Positions 25,375-35,200 of a stretch of 64,000 bases of DNA are shown one piece after another. The stretch is from Phallusia mammillata. Its lineage: Eukaryota. The notes below the pieces were generated by a model. The model saw only the letters and a list, made by a program, of their open reading frames with translations, did no database searches and was not told the origin of the DNA. Location of the stretch: contig OZ281501.1 of NCBI GenBank assembly GCA_965637545.1, forward strand, positions 11,656,001 to 11,720,000. The letters are read 5' to 3'. The position numbers and the translations under genes are program-made. The number at the start of each line of letters is the position of its first letter. Position 1 is the stretch's first letter.

Positions 25375-25505
25375 TGTCATGAACGCACACACGTTTAAGC
25401 GGTTACCTGTATTGACTGCCACGTTTAAGACGCGGTACACGGTTATATACGAAACATGACGTCATAACTCAGGGACGACATCTAGCGGTAAATACATACA
25501 TCACA
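25375..25505 (-). repeat. 5' LTR (131 bp)
   Basis: Direct repeat of 21493-21623, immediately followed by the PBS on the minus strand. Confidence 0.97.
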
Positions 25506-26065
25506 TTAAAAAGTGTATACATAACAAATTGTTTTTCATTTAACTTTGTTTCGCAAAACGAGTACCATTGACCTGTAGTAACCTCTCAGGGTGCACACGC
25601 CAAACGACTGTTTGACCTTTTGACACCGTTTTCAATAGCACGCCGTCATTCGTGTTCAACAATACTGTTAAGCCTAATTTATACATGCCCTGAGTATTGA
25701 CTCCTAAATTGATTGTTAAAAAAACGCTACGTTATGAAGAAAGTTCTGAGCTGTGTTTGTAATACCGACTAGTTGACCTTAAGTAACCCGTGATCATGCG
25801 GCGGCCAACCTGACAGCGAGCATTTAAAAAAACATTTATTTGGCAAAAAAGTCAAGTTAATTTTTTCATCTTAACTTTTATTAACAAAGTTTTTCTTGAC
25901 ATATACAAAACCGAAGCACGGTTATTAGGCTTAAATCACGTCATAGGTGTGAAACCTTCGCCAAAACTAAAAATGTGAGTGATAACTTAATAAAACGACA
26001 TAGCATTGCTGTGCAAAACAGCTGATTTCTAATCACTGAAACGATGTCTTGTAAAACGTCTGTCC

Positions 26066-26534
26066 GACGTCAAGCTGAGCCCTCCCGCTATCGTAAACCA
26101 GTGAGTTACTCTCTTGGTACTTCTGCCTACAGTGTCTTTCTTGACCAAACGAGCGTTAGACACATTTACGTTTCGGGAGCCTGTGGGTGAATCTCTGGGT
26201 CATACGGGGTCAAAATTCACATGGACCATCTTTAGACCAATACCTATTATGTGTGTAAATTTGAAAAAGTTTGAACCATTCTTTCTTGACCAAAACGTGG
26301 GAACAAATCCGCGCTAAAAATTTCACGTTTTGGGGGGCTGTGGGTGAACCGAGGGATCAAACGGGGTCAAAATTCACATGGACCATCTTTAGACCAATAT
26401 CTGTAATGTGTGTAAATTTGAAAAAGTTTGAACCATTCTTTCTTGACCAAAACGTGGGAACAAATCTGCGTTAGAAAGAAAAAAATACATAGACAAAAAC
26501 AATATGTGTCCCCTTCAGGGAAGGGGACCCATAA
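26066..26534 (+). mobile_element. Non-autonomous Helitron/Helentron-like element with internal 157-bp tandem repeat
   Basis: Starts GACGTCAAGCTGAGCCCTCCCGCT and ends in hairpin GTCCCCTTC-AGG-GAAGGGGAC plus CCATAA. Both ends recur, inverted, at 49309 and 48121. No TIR or TSD. Confidence 0.65.
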
Positions 26535-29500
26535 TAAACATTTTTTTACAGTTTTTATGAAATTCCTCCCCTGAACTCATAAAATTCCTCCCTAGGGAGG
26601 AATTCCTCCCCGGTTGGGAACCACTGTGTTAAGGGTTAATGCCAATACAATTAAACCCAGTTTTTCGGTTTCTAAGTATGGTCGAAATGAGTTGTTTTCA
26701 AGTACACACAATTAAAGCACAGCTTTTTATTTGTACATTGTAACAGAAAATACCCACGCAAAATTAGTTAACTCCGGACTACGTTTAAAATGCAATAATT
26801 ATACATGTTAGTCACGTACAGAATACGGGCGAAAACAAAGCACTTTTGAACAATTTAGGTTATTTTTTTAACGCATACGAACAGTAAAACGGCTTGAGAT
26901 TCGCGGCAGCTTTGCCACAGTATTATAACTAAGCATGAAAACGAAAACTACAAATGTGTGAATTGAAAGGCGGTTTGCGCAAAAATATGTAAAAAATAGG
27001 GGGTTGGGGGGTGTCCCGAGCAGCAATCGCGAGTTAGTAACCCGCTTGTCGACGTCGTCGCTAGCGTGCACAGCGGATCTACGAGACAACGGTTCACGAT
27101 ATCGTGCAAACGATCAAAACTAAAACAAGGCAATCGACTCAATAAAAGATGACGGGTATGGTTTAACCGAAACGGAAATTACAACCAAAAGAACTAACGA
27201 AGTGAAAACGGCGTTCGCTAAAAATATGGGAGGACTTGGCGAGGTTGGTCACAGTGGCACGCTGTTATAAACTGCAGCTACATATTGTCGATGGAAAATT
27301 AAAGCGACGATCAGAGCGCGGCGACACAACTCGTTGGAAACAATAGGTCGGTGCACGGGGTAGGTAGACAGCAGACGTTTTGCAACTCGAGCAGACGCGA
27401 CAGATTTACCGACGCAAACGACATTAGTAGAAAAAAAAAATACGAAACGCGGTCGCAGGAATAAAATGGTTAGTCGAGTGTTTGTAATCAGCAACGGATA
27501 CTAGGGGCGTAAACCACATGCGAGCACGAACTCATGGCGACGAAGAAGGCGTTGCTTGTAAAACTTTGCGCGCAACTTTTATTGTGACGGTTGGTTGCAT
27601 AAGCGAGAACAGCGACACAGTTAAACGATGATTGAAAACAACGTGCGCCGAAAGTGGACAATGAACACTGAAATGAGACAAAAATTCGAGACTTGAACGC
27701 AATTGTTAAAAGGCGATGACGCATCAGGGTAACTAAAACGGGATTTACTCGAGAGCGGTGCTACTTTAAAACATATATTCGCAAATATTTGGCGGTCACT
27801 GGTTTCAAAAACGCGACGAAAATAGCAAACTACGACTGTGGGCTGTCGATGAGGACGCCGCTATGAAGAATAGAAGGGATGTGGCGCGCAACAAGCGGGA
27901 AACCGCGTCGCAATTGGCTACTCGGGAAAAATGCACAAGGCATTGAAAACAATATGCGCCGATTGCATGGGGAAATACGGTTTAAACTTTGCGGCTAAAT
28001 TATAGCGGGAAAAGTTAATAAAGCTGGCAACATTAATTAAGGATATTTTTCTACATGCTACCTCCACAATACAACACAAAAAACAGAACGGACAAGCACG
28101 TTGTTATCTTGGGTATATGCTGGCTTGGGGCTTACTTGGGTGTGTAAACAATATGTACATGCAGCTGCAAGTTTACTAGCACCGAAGGCAAGTAATATAC
28201 AAACCACGTCGCTGCCTCTTGGCAGTTGCCGCTTGCCAATCTTCGTCCATCGTCATCTAATGCAAACATAAGAAAAAATATAGAAGCCACGCACGTTACA
28301 AACATACGGAAAGTTTATGACATTATCTGCATAAGACATTATTACAATGGTGAGGACGTTGGATTTTGTTAAGCACAGACGTTGAAATCAGCACGTAAAC
28401 GATGCTAGGCCGACATAAAATGCATAAGTGAAATGGGTCATACCTATTTAAACAATCGTTCAATGCGTAAAAGCGGTCGCTGAGTTAAAACGCTACGCTC
28501 GCAACAGAATAGTTTCTCAATAGAACACACAATCGCTATGCGTTTAAAGCAGCACGAACGAACGAACAAAACGGATGATTCGTTATCCACGACACGGCAA
28601 TTCAGGTAACTGAGAGATTGAGACATTAAACACCTTTCAAGCAAAGAACAATCACCGTAAAAGACGTTACGCTTCAAATAGAAGTAATCAATACATCTGC
28701 GGAAAGTGCGGCACGTCGCAAATTGTTTAAAAACGGTGTTGACCTCAGTCAAAGAGGTTCACAATAGAAAACTGAACGTATATTACAGCACTACTGGCAT
28801 ACCAAGAACTCATCGTTGGTTTTACACGAGGTTAAGAACGCGCAAAGTGATTAGAACGATTGCAAGGCGATTTACCAGACAGTGGTTTTCGATACTGAAA
28901 AACGCGCAAAGGCAAATCGGGTGGCACCTGGTGCTAAAATGTGTCAAGAGTTCGACTCCACATCGTACAAATAGTGATAAAGTGCCATCAGAGGCAAATA
29001 TGTTGAAGTCTGTGCACTAGGGATTAATTATTGCATGATACGACCCAACACGCGGACAACTAGTAAAAGTTTGTCTGTTGTGATATGGTGCGTTTTTATG
29101 GCAACGGTGTTTTAGCACCTTGCATTCTATACACAATCAGCGTTCATAGAACTGACGGTTGCTAAAACTTAGCTCAAAGCGTGCGCTTTTCGCGTCCATA
29201 AATCGTCTTTGAAGCCAAAGGTCGTGTACAGTACACGTTGAAGCCGTTCGGCACATATACGGCTTTTTGCCTGAGTGACACAGAAAAGATGGATTTGGGT
29301 TCAGGCAAGCGGAGGTTTGCTGACAATTTTGTGAATTCTTTGAAGATTAGGACGAGGTTTGGCACGCGGGCGACATGTTAATGGCCATTTCGATTGAGAC
29401 GAGGACTTGGAGCGTCGTCGGCCCGTGCTGAGCTGAGAGATTATGTACAAAAGAAGTCTATGTACAGAAGAGGAGTTCCCTTGCTAAGGATCTGGGACAA

Positions 29501-30162
29501 GAAAATATATTTGATTTGGTACATGTTTAAAAGCGGACATCGAAACAACCAAAAACGAAGCAGTTCATCAATACAGATGGGGCAAACAGGTTTGCAATAT
29601 CACCACGAACAAGAAACAGTGCAAAAACTTTAAAACAGATCCATCAATGGTTTCAGAAATTGCATCACATCAAGAAAGAAAGATCAAACAATCAGATGCA
29701 AAGACTAAACAAATGTATAAAAAGCCTTTGAAATAGTCATTTACACACAAAACATACTTGTTGCAGCGGGTAATATCATGTAAACTCAAGCCACAGTTAT
29801 ATTCACAACAGATCCCAGTGTTAAAATATAATTTCTAAGAAAATATGTGTTAAATTTTGTGCAGTTAGCACCTCAATGTGGAGCTCAATTAAATTTCTGG
29901 GATGAGCAGCTACTCAGTACACTTTAAACTTAACACTTTTATGGTAAATGCACTTGTTTTTTTATATTCCGAACAAGTTTTATTAAAGTTTTTTGTTAAA
30001 TAATGGTTGCTTGAAACTAATTTAATGCCAGACCCAAGCACTCAACACGCCAACAAACTGATGGATCACTTAAAACAGCTTGTTCAGATAGTTAAGGTCG
30101 GGGTATAAACAGAATATATTTGGCATTTGCATTTATCAAAATGTCTTTTTTACGGTATAGAC

Positions 30163-30543
30163 CAGCGCTCTTCAACCTTTTTTGGTTTGGTGAACCCTTA
30201 AAGTTGTTGTGACGAACTCATGCACCCTGTTTACTTAACTACCCATACTCCAAGCATGTGTTCGCGAATTTTCTATGAAACATCGGCGAAAAAGCCAAAT
30301 CTCGATGTCCTAATATAACCCAAATGTAACACAGACACTTTTAAACTTGACACGAGGATAAAACATTAAAAACGTTTACCTGGGTTATACATCAATTGAA
30401 ACCTACTAATATCGTGAAAGTCAGATATTAATGGTTTATTAAAAGTTTGTGATGCACCCTTGTATACCCTTTCGTACTGGTGCACCTCATGCATACTTTG
30501 ATGCACCCTATGGTGCACCGTGCACACCGGTTGAAGAGCACTG
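30163..30543. mobile_element. hAT/Charlie-type MITE (381 bp)
   Basis: 15-bp TIR CAGCGCTCTTCAACC / GGTTGAAGAGCACTG (one mismatch), 8-bp TSD GTATAGAC. Confidence 0.93.
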
Positions 30544-32226
30544 GTATAGACTGTACATTTTATAATTAAGGTGGAAATATGCATGTAGTTTGAACCATTA
30601 CACTGACAGTTTAGGTATCTTTGCAAGCATTAGAAATTGCACTCATTGTTGGGTGTAAGTTAGTACAACAAATAAATGTCGGAGCAGATGCCAAAATGCA
30701 AATAGACATATATTACGTATTACCAAAAAACAATGGGGCAACATTGCAAATAAATTTTCGCATGTGAACTTACAACATAATCACTTTAAATTGGAATATT
30801 TAAAAACACTAAAGCCATTTGTAAGGCACATCTGATAAATGAGTTTTTGTATCTTTTTGTTAACTGAAAAATGTTGTGTCAACATCCAATGCAGAAAGGA
30901 TGCTGGGTGCACGAATGTCAGATGCACGGATGCCGGGGGAAGGATGCCAAGTTGTTAGGGGTGGTTGCATAAATACTTTAATTAACATAACTGTTGCATA
31001 ATATTAGTTGCCAAAATCCAGGGATTTGAAATGGTATTTTTTTACAACAAATTAACACAATTTAGGCTACACAAAAAAAAAAAACAATATAGGTCAAATT
31101 TTTACAATTACATTTCGGAAATTATACAGGGAGTGCAAGGCATGTTTTGTGATGTTTTATAAAGCATTGACAAGTAAAAAGGTCAATAATCACTAATCCC
31201 TAGGAAAGCATAAATTGGCTGATGTAAACATATGCAACTTGTCCAAGGTTTTTCACAGTGAAACAGATAATTTGCAAATATTTATAATACAGACAAATCC
31301 AGGTAATTGTATGAACAATTTGCAAAGTTTTCAATTCGATGGACTGAAACATGCGATTATTAGGCTTGATGATTTTCCTAACAGATGAAAGGTGAAAAAT
31401 GATTTTCCTAACAGGTTATAACAAGTATGAAATTTACACATGTGATTAACTGGTATGCAATTCAGGAGATTTGCCTGTAGTATTTAAACAAGTCTATGTT
31501 GCTAGCCTGATCTGTGTACGATAAATTCAACGCGTTTGTGGAGTAAATATCACATTCAACATGAAAAACTGTAAGTTGGGCTCTAGCACTGTAAGTTATT
31601 TTAAGAGGAAATTTTAACACAGATACTCTAAATCTTTATCTCATGCACACTTGTAAAATGTAATATAACTGACTGGTAAACACATAACAGTAGAACTTCT
31701 GTAACAGTATGAATTTGCAGTTCAGCAAGAACCAACACCAAGTATAACAGTCGATAAAACGGTGACAGGCAGTCAACTTTAGCAAGATTGCATAACCAAG
31801 ACATCAAATAGATTGGTAACAATAGGACAGATTAGATACTGACACAAAAACGCTGTACTTTTTCTGTAATCATCACACAGTTAAAGTCTAACGCAATATG
31901 TCATTTAAAAAAAAAGTGTTTCCTAAAACTGTTTGCCATGTACAGTTTAGCATAGGTTTATACTTTAATGGGAACGTAAACATGGTAGAAGTATATACAA
32001 CCAAGAAGCGATTATTACAACATTTGTTTACCACTGACCTACTGATGACAAGGACAACATCAATGGGTTGTTTAGCTCTGTTTTACAGACATATAAAGAC
32101 AACTATGTATTGTCATTGAGATGAACATCTGCACCATTGAAATACATACAAACACTTATCTATGTTTAGTAACATAAACAAGGAAAAGTTGAAAACTTAC
32201 CTATTTACAAAAAACTGACTTTAATT

Positions 32227-35200
32227 TTAAGTCTGAGCAGGAGCCCCGGCAGCTGCAGCAGCGGCTGCATACTGCTGTCCATGCATAGCATAATACTGTC
32301 TGTAGTATTCAGCCCATGCAGCAGAATAATCGGTGGTAGCCTGGAAATATATTTTTAAAGTGTCAGAAGTAAACAAATGACAGATATTATACATTTTCAA
32401 CCTTTGTTATTACAGCAGTAGATATTTTCAACCTTTAACAACTTTCACAACTGTACCTCGCCATGGATCATTGAAGTTATCTTAATTGGTCATTTCTATT
32501 CACACATTTTAAACAAGGGGATCTTCTCACAGTTGATGCTAATACAGAAATGGCAACAAAGCGCTAGTTTACCTGGGTTGTTGCTGGTTGTGCAGCTGGA
32601 GCAGCATTAGGTGCAGGTTGTTGAATAGCTTGAGCATTAGGAGCAGCTACAGCAGCTGCTGCTGCAACAGCACCTGTTGAATCAAAAATATGATGATCAA
32701 AATTAACCACTAAAATATTTCACTGTGCCGAATTTACAGTAGGGGTATGTCAGATAATGTTGTAACCGTTAACATCAATAAGTCAGAAGCAAGACTGGCA
32801 AGTTACATAATCATCATTCACAGCAAGTGTAACTTATATATAAGTCCAAAATGCCATGCACTAACCTGTTTGTTTTAAGTACTCATCCCATTGCTTGGTG
32901 TAATCTGGTTGACTGGCAGCAGCAACAGCAGTTGCAGCGGAAGCTGAAAAAACAGTAAAATGTTTTGCAAAGAGCACATAATACCGTTTCAATTAAATCT
33001 AAATCTGAGCTTGCTAAAACCTCTGCAATTTAATCTGCCACATGGACAATTCTATTATGCATCAGATCAGTAACATCATTTATGGCCCTTTTACTCAACT
33101 GACAATGTGTAAGTTCAATGTAGTTCTAGCACAGCCCTAACTTCCATGACATCTACACATACCTGCAGGTTGCTGAATAGCTTGCGCTTGACCATATAAC
33201 TGAAGATATGACTGCCAGGCTGCAGCATTACTATCAGCCACAGGTTTGCCTATAATATAGAAAGTTTAACACTTATTTTTCATAAATGTGACATAAATGT
33301 AAAATAGTTCATCTACATACCCAATTCAGTTCCATTCTGCTGGGGTGTTGTAGCAGTTGGTGGGTTCCACTGTTGAAACTGTCCTCCCCATGGCTGTTGC
33401 TGCTGGAATGATTGTGGAGCTGGTTGTGCTTGTGGTGGGGCTTGCAGCTGGGTCTGGGCCGGGTAGCTTGCAGGGGGGAGTCCGCCATATGCCTGCTGCT
33501 GCCAAAAAAATGTTGATCCTATTTGAGTGCTCACAACTAAAGTGTTTGATTTTTCTCACAATGGGCAGTGTTTTTGTTTAGGCAGAGGAGATAAAGTTGA
33601 AACAGTTTTGGACAAACAGAAATAAATGTTGCACAGCTATTGTTTAAATAATGAACATCATTATTGTCATGTTATCATAAAAAGCAAGACATTTTTTTAA
33701 CAAAAAATCCTTGGCAACTTAACAACTTCCTCTACCAGAAACAACACACAGTGTGTATGAAAAGCTCAGACTAAATAAAAGTTGTCTTCACTGGATTTTG
33801 CAACCCATCTTAACCACAGGGTAGCATCATTGCTTCTCAATATATGTATATACCATCAAAGTTTCCATACCTGTGGGGGAGGCTGAGCATAGGCACTGGG
33901 TGGGGGTTGGCCAGGGGGACCACCTCCAATTTGACCACGGTATCCTTGATTATTAGTAGTTCCTCCAGGACCAGCATCAACTTTTTCTTGAATAAGTCTT
34001 CTTGCTGCAGTGATCTGTTCTTGCGTACCTGTAGGAATAGGATTTATCAGTGCTTTGACCAACTACAGCTAAACAAGTTGCCTGATAAACTCCTTTTTAA
34101 CACAAAGCTGCGGAAATTTAAACAAAGTAACTAAACCTTTTATCAAAAACGTCTTGTAGTTCAAATCGGAGCCAGGTGGTGGATTTCTTTGTATTTCAGC
34201 ATGTGCACCAGATTGCATGTTAATCTGCTTGATGGTTTCCCCACCTGTGAATGACAAGAAACACTTGCTTACATGTCTGCTGATGTTTGGCAAAATATAA
34301 CATAATTTGCAACACAAACCTTTGCCGATGACCAGACCAGTTCGATTTGCTGGAACCAAATGTTCAGCAGTGGTATGTCCACCCATGTTTTGACCTCTGT
34401 TCTGATTGGTTCCTTCCCATTGACCAAAACCAGGTGGACCACCACCACCACCACCTCCCCCACCACCTATAGCACCACCACCAGCAGTGCCACCCATTCT
34501 TTGACCTGTAACAACACAGACATATCACCTCATGCTAAAATAATTGAAAAAATGTAAACAATGTTTGAAAAGTATATATCTCAGATAATGTTGTAACGTT
34601 CTATCTTCATAAATTCAGAAGCAGAACTGGCATGTTACAGATTCATCATAGATAAAACCAAATCAATTAGGTAAGATTTAAGCAACTAAAAACACCAACT
34701 TGACCAACGCCACATGTTGTGGATTGTCAGGCAGGTAACCTTTTCAGTTTACCTCCCATCATACCATCGCGCTCTTGAACATTCTGTATGATTTGGTGGA
34801 TCTTTCTGATGGCAGCATCCACACCATCTTTCCTCCCAGTCACACTGCACATACGCTCGGGGAGTCCAGGCTCCTCTATATAAAGTTTTACAGATTGTAA
34901 GGTTTACCAAGTGCAAAATACCAAGCAATCACTACAAACAATATTCATGCTTGGTACCATGAAGCATTTTGTCCACAGCAGACTTACCGGGTTTAAATTG
35001 TATGCGAGTTCCTGTTTCATCCTGAATTTGATTGATCATGTCACCACCCTTGCCAATCACAACTCCCACAGCAGCTTTTGGAACAGGAATGAATGACCGA
35101 TTTGCATCATCGCCAAACATAGATGGCTATGATGATAACAAAACTAGTTTAGCATATATGTGTTATAGTAATATAAGATTTTTTTCTGTGCAAGAAGGCT

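Larger units (their letters stand above)
21493..25505 (-). mobile_element. Ty3/gypsy LTR retrotransposon (probably Mag-like), 4013 bp
   Basis: Two 131-bp LTRs (TG...CA on the minus strand) differing at one position; PBS TGGTGTCAGAAGTGG; PPT GAAGGGAAG before the 3' LTR; single gag-pol frame. No TSD (flanks GACAC and TTAAA). Confidence 0.97.
20934..26626. mobile_element. hAT/Charlie-type non-autonomous element carrying nested insertions
   Basis: Perfect 15-bp TIR CAGTGGTTCCCAACC / GGTTGGGAACCACTG, 8-bp TSD TGTTAAGG (20926-20933 and 26627-26634), ATTCCTCCC subterminal repeats at both ends. Confidence 0.92.

Noticed and set aside
26114-26474. Two near-identical 67-aa ORFs resembling a tandem peptide gene
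   Set aside because: They are translations of the 157-bp tandem repeat in the Helentron-like element.
29394-29730. Purine-rich stretch resembling a decayed coding sequence
   Set aside because: All frames are interrupted and I recognise no domain; blastx would be needed.
33493-33501. CAGCAGCAG tandem acceptor in FUBP exon 15
   Set aside because: Would only add or remove single Gln residues in a low-complexity region.
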